Origin: an uncultured delta proteobacterium
GTDB taxonomy: Bacteria; Desulfobacterota; Binatia; UBA9968
Length of the DNA stretch: 64,000 nucleotides
Direction: 5' to 3'
Assembly (NCBI GenBank): GCA_963727625.1
Contig: CAVSHR010000005.1
Location: 96,001-160,000, forward strand
Positions 50,138-61,112 of the stretch are shown here, in pieces. The notes beneath the pieces are model-generated. The model did not search any database. It was given only the letters and a program-made list of their open reading frames with translations, and was not told the DNA's origin. A program made the position numbers and the translations under genes. Numbering within the stretch: the stretch's first letter is position 1; each line of letters starts with the position of its first letter.

Positions 50138-51145
50138 GTGAGGCTGAGATTATTCGTGCTCGTGTTCGTGGGCGTGATCACGAGCGCCGCGCACACAGCT
50201 TTTGGGCAATTGGTGAAGTCCGTAGAAACTGTCGGCATGACGGTCTCGGACATGGACCGCTCCATCGAGTTTTTCAATAAAGTATTGACCTTTGAAAAAG
50301 TCAGCGATGCCGAAGTGCACGGCGCGGAATACGAGAAACTGCGGGGCGTCTTCGGTTTACGCATGCGCGTCGTGCGGATGAAGCTCGGCGCCGAGACCGT
50401 CGAGTTGACTCAGTATCTGGCGCCCGAAGGGCGGCCGATTCCCGCCGATTGGCGCAACAACGATCGTGCATTTCAGCATATTGCCATCGTCGTCAGCGAC
50501 ATGGACAAGGCCTATGCGCAGCTGCGTTCGCATAAGGTGCGCCATGCCTCCACCGGACCCCAGACCATCCCCGCGAGCAACAAAGCAGCGGCGGAAATCC
50601 GCGCCTTTTATTTCAAAGACGCCGACGGCCACAACCTGGAGATCATCTATTTTCCTCAAGGCAAGGGCGATCCGCGCTGGCAGCAAACCGGCAACAAACT
50701 TTTTCTCGGCATCGACCACACCGCCATCGTCGTATCGAATACCGGGCGCGCCTTGCAGTTCTATCGCGATCTTCTAGGCTTAAAAGTGGCGGGAGAAAGC
50801 ATGAACTACGGCACCGAACAGGAGCATTTGAATAACGTCGCGGGCGCCTGCTTGCATATCACTGGCCTGCGGGCCGAGCGCGGACCCGGCATTGAATTTC
50901 TCGAGTATTTTACGCCGCGCGACGGCCGTCCCGCGCCCAAGGACAGCCGCGCCAACGACTTTTGGCATTGGCAGACCACCCTCGCGACCGCGGACGCGGC
51001 GAAAGCTGAAAAAACTCTGCGGCAAAGGATGTTCCGCGTGATATCCCCCGGCGTTGCGGCGATCCCCGATAGAAATTTCGGATTCATGAAAGGTTTTCTC
51101 GCCCGCGACCCCGACGGTCACGGTCTGCAGATCATTGAGAAATAA
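50138..51145 (+). CDS. Exported tandem VOC/glyoxalase-fold protein
   Basis: Signal peptide; FQHIAIVV..DADGHNLE and IDHTAIVV..DPDGH repeats. Confidence 0.88.
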   Translation: MRLRLFVLVFVGVITSAAHTAFGQLVKSVETVGMTVSDMDRSIEFFNKVLTFEKVSDAEVHGAEYEKLRGVFGLRMRVVRMKLGAETVELTQYLAPEGRPIPADWRNNDRAFQHIAIVVSDMDKAYAQLRSHKVRHASTGPQTIPASNKAAAEIRAFYFKDADGHNLEIIYFPQGKGDPRWQQTGNKLFLGIDHTAIVVSNTGRALQFYRDLLGLKVAGESMNYGTEQEHLNNVAGACLHITGLRAERGPGIEFLEYFTPRDGRPAPKDSRANDFWHWQTTLATADAAKAEKTLRQRMFRVISPGVAAIPDRNFGFMKGFLARDPDGHGLQIIEK

Positions 51146-51265
51146 AATCTTGGCAGGGCGTGGAATGGCATCGGCGGGACGAACCTCCTGCAGCAAGTGA
51201 AACATCCGTAAATATGCTTCAGGGACCGACACGATAGCGCGATCGCGTGCTCCGAGGAACTGCAA

Positions 51266-53245
51266 ATGAAATACCCATCGACTCTGAAGCAGGACGAATG
51301 GCTCGAAGCCGACGGCCTCGGCGGCTTCGCATCGGGCACCGTCTCGGGCATTCGCACGCGCCGCTACCACGCCCTGCTGCTGGCCGCCACCAAACCGCCG
51401 GCCGGACGGCTGGTGCTCGTCAACGGGTTGGACGCCTCGGTCGAAACCGCCGGCGGAATCTGCGCTCTCTCGTCACAGCTTTACCCGCCCGATGTCATCC
51501 ATCCCGACGGCGTAAAGCGAATTGCCCAATTCGCCCGCGATCCTTGGCCGAAATGGACCTTCGCTTGCGACGACGGCAGCCGGATTGAGCAGGAAATTTT
51601 CGCCGTCAACGGTGCTTCGATGGTCGCTCTATCCTGGCGCGCCCTCAGTCCGACCGGCAAAACGACGGTAACCATCAGACCTTTTCTCTCCGGGCGCGAC
51701 TACCACTCGCTGCACCATGAAAATTCCGCCTTTCGATTTCAGCCGGAGATGGACGGGCAGCGGCTTGTTTGGCATCCCTACCCAGACATTCCTGGCATCA
51801 TCGCCATGCACAACGGCGTCTACCGTCATCAGCCCGGCTGGTACCGAAACTTCGTCTATGAACAGGAACGGGAGCGCGGCCTCGATTTCACCGAAGATCT
51901 CGCCGCGCCGGGCAGTTTTCAATTCAATCTCGCCGCCGGTCAGGCAGTGTTAATTTTAGCCGCCGAAGGTCTTACCGACGACGAGCTCGGGCAAGACTTA
52001 TCGCCGGATGAGCTCTTCGCGAAACTTCGCGCGCGCGAAACAAAACGGCGGGCCGCTTTCGCCGCGCCCCTCGATCGCGCCGCGGATAGCTATCTGGTGA
52101 AACGCAGCGAGGGCAAGACCATCGTCGCCGGCTATCCCTGGTTCACCGACTGGGGCCGCGACACTTTTATTTCTTTGCGCGGGCTCTGCCTCGCCACCGG
52201 CCGCCTCGATGACGCCCGCAACATTCTGATCGAGTGGTCCAGCGTCGTGTCGGAAGGCATGCTGCCCAATCTGTTTCCCGATCAGGGCGACCGGCCGGAG
52301 TACAATTCGGTCGACGCCTCGCTCTGGTACATCGTCGCCGTGCATGATCTTCTCGAAGCAGTGGAAAGTCACGCTGGCAAACTTTCTCAGAGCCAATCAA
52401 AAGCGCTGCAAAAAGCCGTCGATGCCATTCTCGCCGGCTACACGCAAGGCACGTGCTACGGCATTCGCATGGACGATGACGCTCTGCTCGCCGCCGGCGT
52501 TGCCGGCGTGCAACTCACCTGGATGGACGCCAAGGTCGGCGATTGGGTTGTCACGCCGCGCATCGGCAAGCCGGTGGAAGTTCAGGCGCTCTGGCTGAAC
52601 GCATTGTCGATCGGCAGTCACTTCAACACCCGTTGGCAAGAACCCCTGGAGCGCGGTCTGGAAAGTTTTCGCCGCCGTTTTTGGAACGCTCAAGCCGGGT
52701 GCCTATACGACGTCATCGACGCCGACCATGAAGCGGGCAAGCTCGATCCAAGCTTTCGGCCCAATCAAATCTTCGCCGTCGGCGGCTTGCCCCTGCCGTT
52801 GCTCGATGGGGAGGTCGCGAAAAAAATTGTCGACGCGGTCGAGCGCCGACTGTGGACGCCCCTCGGGCTGCGCTCCCTGGGGCCGGACCAACCCGGCTAC
52901 ACGCCGCTGTATCTTGGCGGCGTGCGCGAGCGCGACGGCGCCTATCATCAAGGCACGGTTTGGCCATGGCTCATCGGCGCTTTTGTCGAAGCCTGGCTCC
53001 GGGTGCGAGGCAATACCGATGACGCCAAGCGGGAAGCCCGCACGCGCTTCCTGGCGCCGCTAATGGAACACTTGGACCATGCCGGCCTCGGCCATGTCTC
53101 CGAGATCGCCGACGCGGACGCGCCGCACATACCGCGCGGCTGCCCCTTTCAAGCCTGGTCCCTCGCCGAGTTGATCCGGATCGATCGTACTGTGCTGGCG
53201 GCCGATGTAATTCAACCGACGGCGCAACGAAGCGCCGCGCGCTGA
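51266..53245 (+). CDS. Amylo-alpha-1,6-glucosidase (glycogen debranching enzyme, archaeal-type)
   Basis: EWLEADGLGGFASGT, TRRYH, AGYPWFTDWGRDT, LTWMD, RPNQ, YHQGTVWPW, QAWS. Confidence 0.92.
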   Translation: MKYPSTLKQDEWLEADGLGGFASGTVSGIRTRRYHALLLAATKPPAGRLVLVNGLDASVETAGGICALSSQLYPPDVIHPDGVKRIAQFARDPWPKWTFACDDGSRIEQEIFAVNGASMVALSWRALSPTGKTTVTIRPFLSGRDYHSLHHENSAFRFQPEMDGQRLVWHPYPDIPGIIAMHNGVYRHQPGWYRNFVYEQERERGLDFTEDLAAPGSFQFNLAAGQAVLILAAEGLTDDELGQDLSPDELFAKLRARETKRRAAFAAPLDRAADSYLVKRSEGKTIVAGYPWFTDWGRDTFISLRGLCLATGRLDDARNILIEWSSVVSEGMLPNLFPDQGDRPEYNSVDASLWYIVAVHDLLEAVESHAGKLSQSQSKALQKAVDAILAGYTQGTCYGIRMDDDALLAAGVAGVQLTWMDAKVGDWVVTPRIGKPVEVQALWLNALSIGSHFNTRWQEPLERGLESFRRRFWNAQAGCLYDVIDADHEAGKLDPSFRPNQIFAVGGLPLPLLDGEVAKKIVDAVERRLWTPLGLRSLGPDQPGYTPLYLGGVRERDGAYHQGTVWPWLIGAFVEAWLRVRGNTDDAKREARTRFLAPLMEHLDHAGLGHVSEIADADAPHIPRGCPFQAWSLAELIRIDRTVLAADVIQPTAQRSAAR

Positions 53246-53258
53246 CATCTAAACGCCG

Positions 53259-53906
53259 ATGCATGTCGTATCCGTCAACGTGGGGCTGCCACGGGAAATT
53301 TTTCACGAAGGCAGAATGATTCGCACGGGAATCTTCAAAGCGCCGGTGGCCGGGCGCTTGCGCGTGAACGCGCTCAATCTCGCCGGCGACCGCCAGGCCG
53401 ATCTCACGGTTCACGGCGGGCCGAGCAAGGCGATCTACGCCTATCCGCTCGAGCATTACGATTTCTGGCGCAAAGAAATACCCGCCGTCGAATTCCCGAT
53501 GGGCAGTTTTGGCGAAAACCTCACCACCGCGGGCTTGCTCGAAAAAGAGCTCCATATCGGCGACCGCCTTTGCGTCGGCTCGGTGGAGCTAATTGCGACC
53601 GAGCCGCGCCTGCCCTGTTACAAGCTCAACGCCAAGTTCCAGCGCGAAGACATGGTAAAGAAATTTTTAAAGAGCCGGCGCACTGGATTTTATTTTGCGG
53701 TGGCCCGCGAGGGCGAGATCGGCGCGGGCGATCGGATGCAGATGTTGCGCCGCGAGGAGAAGCGCGTCAGCGTCGCCGATATCACGCGGCTCTATGCCTT
53801 TGATAGAAACGATTTTGACGGTATGCGGCGCGCCGTCGAAGTCCCAACCCTGCCCGACAGCTGGCGCGACTATTTTCGCGAACGGCTGCAATCGGCGGCG
53901 GGATGA
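53259..53906 (+). CDS. MOSC + 3-alpha domain protein (YiiM-like)
   Basis: GDRQADLTVHGG, FGENLT, PRLPCYKL, TGFY, LPDSW. Confidence 0.9.
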   Translation: MHVVSVNVGLPREIFHEGRMIRTGIFKAPVAGRLRVNALNLAGDRQADLTVHGGPSKAIYAYPLEHYDFWRKEIPAVEFPMGSFGENLTTAGLLEKELHIGDRLCVGSVELIATEPRLPCYKLNAKFQREDMVKKFLKSRRTGFYFAVAREGEIGAGDRMQMLRREEKRVSVADITRLYAFDRNDFDGMRRAVEVPTLPDSWRDYFRERLQSAAG

Positions 53907-53925
53907 AAATTAAGGATGTGCTAAA

Positions 53926-56601
53926 ATGGCCGATAATAAAGTAGCCAGGCACTCAAAGAAAGCCATGACCCAAGAGGAACTTAGACTCCAGGAAGACCGA
54001 GAGCGCAAGGCTAACTGGAAGCGCTGGGGGCCGTACTTGTCCGAGCGCCAGTGGGGCACCGTGCGCGAAGACTACAGTCCCTACGGCACCGCTTGGGATT
54101 ATTTTCCGCACGACCATGCGCGCAACCGCGCCTATCGCTGGGGCGAGGATGGTCTGGGCGGACTCTGCGATCGCCATCAATTTATCTGCTTCGCCCTCGC
54201 GCTGTGGAACGGCCGGGATCCGATCCTCAAGGAGCGGCTGTTCGGACTCACCGGCAACGAGGGCAACCACGGTGAAGACGTCAAGGAATATTATTATTAT
54301 CTCGACTCGACGCCGACCCATTCCTACATGAAGTTTCTCTACAAGTATCCCCAGCGCGAGTTCCCCTACACCCGACTCGCCGAGGAGAACCACAAGCGCG
54401 ACAAACACGCGCTCGAGTTCGAGCTGATCGACACGGGGGTGTTCGACGATGACCGCTACTTCGACGTCGTCATCGAATATGCCAAAGCCAGTCCGGAGGA
54501 TATCTTGATCCGCATCGAAGCGCTGAATCACGGCACCGAAGCCGCCGAGCTGCACCTGCTGCCGACCCTGTGGTTTCGCAACACTTGGTCCTGGGGTCTC
54601 GACGAGCGCAAGCCGAAGTTGCGCCGGGATCCTTCCACGGAAGTCGCGGCGCTTGAGCTCGATCATTACTATTACGGTTCGCGTTGGCTTTATTTCGAGG
54701 GCAATCCGAATCTGCTGTTTACTGAAAACGAGACCAACAACCAGCGTTTGTTCAACGGCGCCAACGACCGGCCCTTCGTGAAGGACAGCATCAACGATTA
54801 CGTGGTTCATGGCGCGAAGAACGCCGTCAATCCCGACGGCCACGGCACGAAGGCCGCCGGTCATTACGTCGCCACCGTCCAGCACGGTGAGAAATTTACC
54901 GTCCGGCTCCGGCTCTCCTCCGCGGCGCCGTCCGGCGCTCAGGCCAACGGCGCTTTCGACAAGCAGATCAGCCAGCGGCGCGACGATGCGGACGAGTTCT
55001 ATTGCACCGTGGTGCCGGAAAATCTTTCCGCCGACCGCCGGAACGTCATGCGCCAGGCGCTCGGCGGCCTGCTCTGGAGCAAGCAGTTTTACCATTACGA
55101 TCTCAACCGCTGGCTCAAAGGCGACCCCGCCGGACCCGAGCCGCCGCGCGAACGACTCAACGGCCGCAATAAAGAGTGGCGTCACCTTTACAATGCCGAC
55201 GTGATCTCGATGCCGGATAAGTGGGAGTATCCCTGGTACGCCGCCTGGGATCTGGCGTTTCACTGCATCGCGCTTGCACTGGTCGACGCCGACTTCGCTA
55301 AAGAACAGCTGCTGCTCATGACCCGGGAGTGGTACATGCACCCGAATGGCCAACTGCCCGCTTACGAGTGGGCCTTTGGCGACGTCAACCCGCCGGTGCA
55401 CGCCTGGGCGGCCTGGCGCGTGTACAAGGTCGAAATGAAACGGCGCGGCGAAGGCGATAGAAACTTTCTCGAACGCATCTTCCACAAGCTTTTACTCAAC
55501 TTCACCTGGTGGGTGAACCGCAAGGACGCCGAAGGGCGCAACGTATTTCAAGGAGGGTTTCTCGGCCTCGATAACATCGGCGTGTTCGATCGCAGCGCGC
55601 CGCTCCCCACCGGCGGGCACTTGGAGCAGTCCGACGGCACCAGCTGGATGGGCATGTACTGCCTCAACATGCTCGCCATCGCCTTGGAGCTTGCCAAGGA
55701 AAACTCCGCCTACGAGGACGTCGCCAGCAAGTTTTTTGAGCATTTTGTTTACATCTGCGAAGCGATGAACAACCTCGGCGGCCAGAAGATCGAACTATGG
55801 GATCGCCAAGACGGCTTCTATTACGACGTGCTGCACCACGACAACGGCTCCAACATGCCTCTCAAAGTCCGCTCCATGGTCGGCCTGATTCCGTTGTTCG
55901 CGGTGGAAACCCTCGACCCGAAAATCGTTGATGAGCTCCCGGGATTCAAGCGCCGCATGCAATGGTTTATCGAAAACCGGCCCGCGTTGAGCGAGCACAT
56001 TGAAACTGAAACGACCGAAGCTGGCCCGCGCCGTTTTCTGTCCCTGGTCAATCGCCACCGGCTTAAGCGGGTGTTGGGCTACATGCTCGATGAGAACGAG
56101 TTCTTGTCGGACTACGGCATCCGCGCGCTGTCGCGTTATCACCTCGACCATCCCTATGAACTGCGCGTCAACGGCTCGGTTTATCGAGTCGACTACGAGC
56201 CGGCAGAGTCGAGCACGGGTCTATTCGGCGGCAACTCCAACTGGCGCGGGCCGATCTGGTTTCCGGTCAACTACCTGCTCATCGAATCACTGCAAAAGTT
56301 TCATTTCTACCTCGGCGATCAATACAAGATCGAGTGCCCCACCGGCTCGGGCGTTGAACTGAACCTTTGGCAGATCGCCGGTGAAATTTCCCAGCGCCTG
56401 ACGCGCATCTTCGCGCTCGATAATAACGGCCGGCGCCCGGTTTTCGGCGGCACCGAGAAATTTCAAAAAGACCCGCATTGGCGCGATCTGATTCCGTTTC
56501 ACGAGTATTTCCACGGCGACAACGGCGCCGGCATCGGCGCCAGCCATCAAACCGGCTGGACCGCGCTGGTGGCGAAGCTGATTCAGCAATACGGAGAGTG
56601 A
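53926..56601 (+). CDS. GH63/MGH1-like glucosidase
   Basis: [63 protein letters not shown]. Confidence 0.9.
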   Translation: MADNKVARHSKKAMTQEELRLQEDRERKANWKRWGPYLSERQWGTVREDYSPYGTAWDYFPHDHARNRAYRWGEDGLGGLCDRHQFICFALALWNGRDPILKERLFGLTGNEGNHGEDVKEYYYYLDSTPTHSYMKFLYKYPQREFPYTRLAEENHKRDKHALEFELIDTGVFDDDRYFDVVIEYAKASPEDILIRIEALNHGTEAAELHLLPTLWFRNTWSWGLDERKPKLRRDPSTEVAALELDHYYYGSRWLYFEGNPNLLFTENETNNQRLFNGANDRPFVKDSINDYVVHGAKNAVNPDGHGTKAAGHYVATVQHGEKFTVRLRLSSAAPSGAQANGAFDKQISQRRDDADEFYCTVVPENLSADRRNVMRQALGGLLWSKQFYHYDLNRWLKGDPAGPEPPRERLNGRNKEWRHLYNADVISMPDKWEYPWYAAWDLAFHCIALALVDADFAKEQLLLMTREWYMHPNGQLPAYEWAFGDVNPPVHAWAAWRVYKVEMKRRGEGDRNFLERIFHKLLLNFTWWVNRKDAEGRNVFQGGFLGLDNIGVFDRSAPLPTGGHLEQSDGTSWMGMYCLNMLAIALELAKENSAYEDVASKFFEHFVYICEAMNNLGGQKIELWDRQDGFYYDVLHHDNGSNMPLKVRSMVGLIPLFAVETLDPKIVDELPGFKRRMQWFIENRPALSEHIETETTEAGPRRFLSLVNRHRLKRVLGYMLDENEFLSDYGIRALSRYHLDHPYELRVNGSVYRVDYEPAESSTGLFGGNSNWRGPIWFPVNYLLIESLQKFHFYLGDQYKIECPTGSGVELNLWQIAGEISQRLTRIFALDNNGRRPVFGGTEKFQKDPHWRDLIPFHEYFHGDNGAGIGASHQTGWTALVAKLIQQYGE

Positions 56602-56850
56602 CGGGAACTTTTTGCCAATCTCCGAGTTTGGTTTTCATGGGCCGGACCGGTAAACCAGTAGCAAACTGACAGGCAGGGTGATCGAGAAGTCGATGATCGT
56701 CTTGCCGTGGGCGGAGGGCGATGGAGTAGTCGCTGCGGACGCTTATGATGTAAATCGATAGCCGACGTCGCGCTCAGTAAATAAAATCTTATAAAATGGC
56801 CACGGACACTCACGATCGGCCGTCTTGAAACCTCGAGTCTCTAAATTCTT

Positions 56851-58215
56851 ATGACAAAGCAGCACCAAGGCGTTGCCATCAAAAGGACAGAAACCGGTAG
56901 CCAAACGTTGCTGCCCGCCCTCGCCCTCGGCCTGACCACCCTCGCGTTCATCATCGCTAAGACCGGCCGGGACGCGCTGTTTTTTCAAGGCAGCGGCGGA
57001 TTGCTCCAATTGCCGCTCGTCTACATCAACATCGCGGGCGCCGCTTTGCCGCTGGCAATTATTTTCGTCAAGGTCATGAAGGTCTGGGGCGCCCGCCCGG
57101 CGCGCCTCGCCATTCTGACCCTGGCAGCCGCCGTGCTCGCCGTCGCCGCACCGTACCTGCAGCCCGGCAATAATAATTTGCTGCTCGCGATCTTCATGTT
57201 CATCCCGGCTATTTTCGGCCCGCTCTTCGCCAGCCTCTGGTTGCTCGCCTCGGATATTTTCGAGAATAGTGAAAAGCAAGCAGCGGCACGTGCCTTCAGC
57301 AAGATCGGCGCCGCCACTCTCGCCGGCGGAATGACCGGCGGGCTGATTTCCAAAGGGCTGGCCCCCCATCTTGACCCCAAGTGGCTCATTCTGCTGGCGG
57401 CTTGCATTCTCATCGGCGTCGTCGCTCTGGTGCGTTATATCCACCTCCGTTTCCCAACCAACCTGACTGCCAAAAAAGCTAGCGAACAAAAGAAACCAGG
57501 ATTTTTCGAGCCATTGAAGGATCACTACGCCCTCACGCTGCTGTTCATATCGATGACCGGCGCGCTTGCTGGGCTGCTCATCGATTTTCAGTTTTACGCG
57601 GCCGCCGCCGGCGCCCGCATGGGGGCGAAAGGCAACGCCAATTTCTTTGCCAATTTTTATATTCTGTTGAATTTCAGCGCGCTGTTGTTGCAACTTTTCG
57701 CGACGCCGAGGATCCAGGACAAAATCGGCCTGCGCGGCGGCTTGATGGTCTTACCCGTGGCCTTGATCGGCGGCGCGACCTTTGCCACAGCCGCAGCCAC
57801 CGCGCTCAGCCGCTCGGTGCTGCGCGTCACCGAAGGCGGCTTGCGCTCCTCGGTGCACCGCTCGATCTGGGAACAAGCTTTCATTCCGGTCGACTCCGCC
57901 GATCGATCGTCGGTGAAAATTGTCGTCGACGGCGTCGCGTCGCGCGTCGCCGAAGCGCTCGGCGCAGTGGCGATTCTCCTCTGGATCAAACAGGCGGTTC
58001 CCGATGGCGTGATCAAGATGCCGCTCGATACCCGCTGGATCTCTTTGGTGATCCTCGGCACCGTCGCCACCTGGTTGCTGATCACCCAGAAACTCAGCCT
58101 GCAAGTAAAGCGGAGCGAGGTGCGCACGCAGCCGAAAACGGTTGAGGATATCCAGTGTGAAAGATTTCCCGACCAGTGTCCTTGCACCACCGAGCTTGGA
58201 AAAGGCGTGCCCTAA
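56851..58215 (+). CDS. Npt1/Npt2-like (TLC/NTT-related) MFS transporter
   Basis: AKTGRDALFF, W..ASDIF...A.R.F..IG, IDFQF, GLRSSVHRS; about 12 TM helices. Confidence 0.7.
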   Translation: MTKQHQGVAIKRTETGSQTLLPALALGLTTLAFIIAKTGRDALFFQGSGGLLQLPLVYINIAGAALPLAIIFVKVMKVWGARPARLAILTLAAAVLAVAAPYLQPGNNNLLLAIFMFIPAIFGPLFASLWLLASDIFENSEKQAAARAFSKIGAATLAGGMTGGLISKGLAPHLDPKWLILLAACILIGVVALVRYIHLRFPTNLTAKKASEQKKPGFFEPLKDHYALTLLFISMTGALAGLLIDFQFYAAAAGARMGAKGNANFFANFYILLNFSALLLQLFATPRIQDKIGLRGGLMVLPVALIGGATFATAAATALSRSVLRVTEGGLRSSVHRSIWEQAFIPVDSADRSSVKIVVDGVASRVAEALGAVAILLWIKQAVPDGVIKMPLDTRWISLVILGTVATWLLITQKLSLQVKRSEVRTQPKTVEDIQCERFPDQCPCTTELGKGVP

Positions 58216-58332
58216 CGAGAGTAGAATTCCCGTGATCTTTGTTGTCGCCGCTTTTCTTGCCAACCCGTGTTTCGAGTGGTGTAATCAAATCAACCTGATC
58301 GATCGTAAAACTATTTGTTGGAGCGCCATTTT

Positions 58333-59346
58333 GTGAAAAACACAGGGACCGGAAACCTGGTCTACCGTCATAATCGCGTCACGCGCTCGACCCACTGGAT
58401 CAACGCCCTTGCGTTGATGATCCTGTTTATGAGCGGCCTGCAGATTTTCAATGCCCACCCGCGGCTTTACTGGGGCAGCACTTCGGAGCCGGAGCGGGCG
58501 TTTTTTACCATTGCCGCCGGCGGCGACGACGGCGATGTGCGCGGCTACGTCCGACTGTATGGCATCGAGGTAGACACCACCGGTTATCTCGGCGTTCAAC
58601 AAGGTGTGTTCGGACCCTCGGCACGAGCTTTTCCCAGTTGGCTGACCGTGCCTGGTTACTATTCCCTCGCCGACGCGCGCCGCTGGCATTTCTTTTTCGG
58701 CTGGCTGTTCGCGCTCAACGGCTTGCTCTATGTTAGTTACAACTCCGCCATCGGTCACCTGCGCAAATTCTTGTTCACCTTCGCCGACGCCAAAACGGTC
58801 CCGGCGATGATAGCCTACTACCTCCACATAAGAAAACAATCGCCCCAGCAAGGCGACTACAATCCGCTGCAAAAAATGGCCTACACCAGTGTATTCGTCA
58901 TTCTTACGCCGGCGATTCTCTTGAGCGGCATGGCGATGTCGCCGCAATTGGACGTGGCATTCAACTGGCTGCCGGCGCTGTTCGGCGGCCGGCAATCGGC
59001 GCGCGCATTTCATTTTATTCTCGCTTTCGGTTTTCTATTTTTTGTCTTCGGCCATGTGTTCATGGTGCTAACTCAGGGCGTTTTCAATAACCTGCGTTCC
59101 ATGATTACCGGCTGGTACCGTGAGAGAGTGTTGCCGGAAACGCAACCGGCTCGCGCCCCGGTCGAGCCTGTGGCCAAAATCGAGCAAGACACTGCGCCAG
59201 CGGTGATTGGGGAATCCGTAGTGCTAACGAAACAAGAGGTAGATGCAACCGAAGCACCCGCGCCGATCTCCTCCAACGAAACACCGTCGGTCGCGCTGCC
59301 TGCGGTCGAGAAAGGAGAGAAAAAAGATGCCGAAGATAAATCCTGA
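58333..59346 (+). CDS. Cytochrome b/b6-type (Ni/Fe-hydrogenase cyt b-like) membrane protein
   Basis: THWINA, SGLQIFNAHP, RWHFF, YNPLQK, RAFHF, GHVFMV heme His ligands. Confidence 0.88.
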   Translation: MKNTGTGNLVYRHNRVTRSTHWINALALMILFMSGLQIFNAHPRLYWGSTSEPERAFFTIAAGGDDGDVRGYVRLYGIEVDTTGYLGVQQGVFGPSARAFPSWLTVPGYYSLADARRWHFFFGWLFALNGLLYVSYNSAIGHLRKFLFTFADAKTVPAMIAYYLHIRKQSPQQGDYNPLQKMAYTSVFVILTPAILLSGMAMSPQLDVAFNWLPALFGGRQSARAFHFILAFGFLFFVFGHVFMVLTQGVFNNLRSMITGWYRERVLPETQPARAPVEPVAKIEQDTAPAVIGESVVLTKQEVDATEAPAPISSNETPSVALPAVEKGEKKDAEDKS

Positions 59347-60112
59347 CCTGTGGCGCCGCAGGCTGCTCCTCGGCGCCATCAACGGCGCCGCCCTGTTCGG
59401 CTTGAGCGGCTGTCAGAAAATTTTTGACAGTCTTAGCCAAAATGAAACCGTGCAGTCGATTTTGGCGTCCGCCGAGAGCGCCAATCGCCGCGTTCAGCGA
59501 GCGCTAGCGGGCAGAAACAAGCTGGCGCAGGAATTCTCCGAGAGCGATATCTCGCCCGCCTTTCGCGCCAACGGCAACCCGCCGCCGATCACCCTGGACT
59601 ACGCCGAGGATGCGAAACTTGAGTGGTCGAAGTGGCGTCTCGAAGTCGGCGGTCTGGTGCGCCAGCCGGCGCGCTTTTCGCTTGCCGAGCTCAAGGCCAT
59701 GCCCTCGCGGAGCCAGATCACGCGCCACGACTGTGTCGAAGGCTGGAGCGTCATCGGCAAATGGAAGGGGGTTCGTCTGGAAGAAATTATGCGCAAGGTC
59801 CAGCCTACCGACCATGCTAAATATGTGGTGTTTCGCTGTATGGACACGGACGGCGACGGCAATCATTACTTCGAAAGCATCGACTTGATCGACGCCGTGC
59901 ATCCGCAAACCATCCTCGCCTACGAGCTCAACGATCGCCCGCTGCCGGTCGACAACGGCGCGCCGCTCCGTTTGCGCGTCGAGAATCAACTGGGCTACAA
60001 ACACGCCAAATACATCCGCGCTCTCGAATTCGTCGCCAGCCTGGACAAGCTCGGCAAAGGTAAAGGCGGCTACTGGGAAGATCAGGGTTACGCATGGTAC
60101 GCCGGAATTTAA
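59327..60112 (+). CDS. Molybdopterin-dependent oxidoreductase (sulfite oxidase / MsrP-like), lipoprotein-like
   Basis: RRRLL plus LSGC N-terminus; HDCVEGWS, NGAPLRL, LGYKHAK, GGYWEDQGY. Confidence 0.88.
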   Translation: MPKINPDLWRRRLLLGAINGAALFGLSGCQKIFDSLSQNETVQSILASAESANRRVQRALAGRNKLAQEFSESDISPAFRANGNPPPITLDYAEDAKLEWSKWRLEVGGLVRQPARFSLAELKAMPSRSQITRHDCVEGWSVIGKWKGVRLEEIMRKVQPTDHAKYVVFRCMDTDGDGNHYFESIDLIDAVHPQTILAYELNDRPLPVDNGAPLRLRVENQLGYKHAKYIRALEFVASLDKLGKGKGGYWEDQGYAWYAGI

Positions 60113-60203
60113 CGGTCGGCGCGAAATACGAATCGGCAATCCACACAACGATTTGATCGCGCGCCCTGTGGCATAACCCGCGCGGTTACGCTATGCATCG
60201 ACC

Positions 60204-61112
60204 ATGCGTATCTGCTCATTGCTGCCCGGAGCCACCGAGATTGCTTACCTGCTCGGTCTCGGCGATCAGATCGTCGGCGTCACTCACGAATGCGATTATC
60301 CGTCTGACGCCAAGCAAAAGCCTGTCGTCGTGCGCAGCGTCATCGACTCCAACCGCATGTCGAGCGAAGAAATCGACCATAAAGTCGGCGAACTCCTACA
60401 AGCCGGCAAAGGTCTGTACAGCATCGACGAGCAACGTTTCATGGAGGCCGCGCCCGATATCATTCTCACTCAAGGACTCTGCGACGTTTGCGCACTCGAC
60501 TACACCGAAGTCGCCAAGGCCGCCCAGGCACTACCGCATGCGCCGGTCATCTTATCGCTCAACCCACATTCGCTGAGCGACATTTTGGAAGATATCCTGC
60601 GAGTGGGGGCCGCGACCCAGCGCGAAGGCGCTGCTGATAGAATAGTCGCGGAGCTGCGTGGGCGCATCGACCATGTCGGCGTTTGCGAACCTTCCTACCG
60701 TCCGCGTGTGGTTTGTCTCGAATGGTTCGATCCGCTCTACGTCGCCGGTCATTGGGTTCCCGAAATCGTAGCGCTTGCCGGTGGATTCGACGTTCTGGGA
60801 CGCAAAGGCGAAGTATCGTTCAAGATCGAATGGGGCGAAGTCAGAGCGGCGACGCCCGACGTGATCTTGCTCATGCCCTGCGGTTTCGACGTGCGCCGCA
60901 CCGTTCGAGAAGCGACACCGCTCCGGAGCCTCGAAGGTTGGAAGGGATTACCCGCTGTAAAAACCGGCAATGTCTACGCTCTCAACGGCAACGCCTACTT
61001 CAGCCGTCCCGGTCCGCGCTTGGTCAACGGATTGGAAATCCTCGCGCGGATACTGCACCCTGGGCGGACCGCTGAAGCTTTATCGCCAGCGGATTCTTTA
61101 CAGCTGAATTAG
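60204..61112 (+). CDS. BtuF-like (helical-backbone) binding protein lacking a signal peptide
   Basis: RICSLLPGATE, VGVTHECDYP, TQGLCDVCA, GHWVPE, PCGF, FSRPGPRL. Confidence 0.85.
   Translation: MRICSLLPGATEIAYLLGLGDQIVGVTHECDYPSDAKQKPVVVRSVIDSNRMSSEEIDHKVGELLQAGKGLYSIDEQRFMEAAPDIILTQGLCDVCALDYTEVAKAAQALPHAPVILSLNPHSLSDILEDILRVGAATQREGAADRIVAELRGRIDHVGVCEPSYRPRVVCLEWFDPLYVAGHWVPEIVALAGGFDVLGRKGEVSFKIEWGEVRAATPDVILLMPCGFDVRRTVREATPLRSLEGWKGLPAVKTGNVYALNGNAYFSRPGPRLVNGLEILARILHPGRTAEALSPADSLQLN

Noticed and set aside
53953-55485. 510-aa minus-strand ORF
   Set aside because: Antisense shadow of the GH63-like glucosidase; expected with GC-rich codon bias
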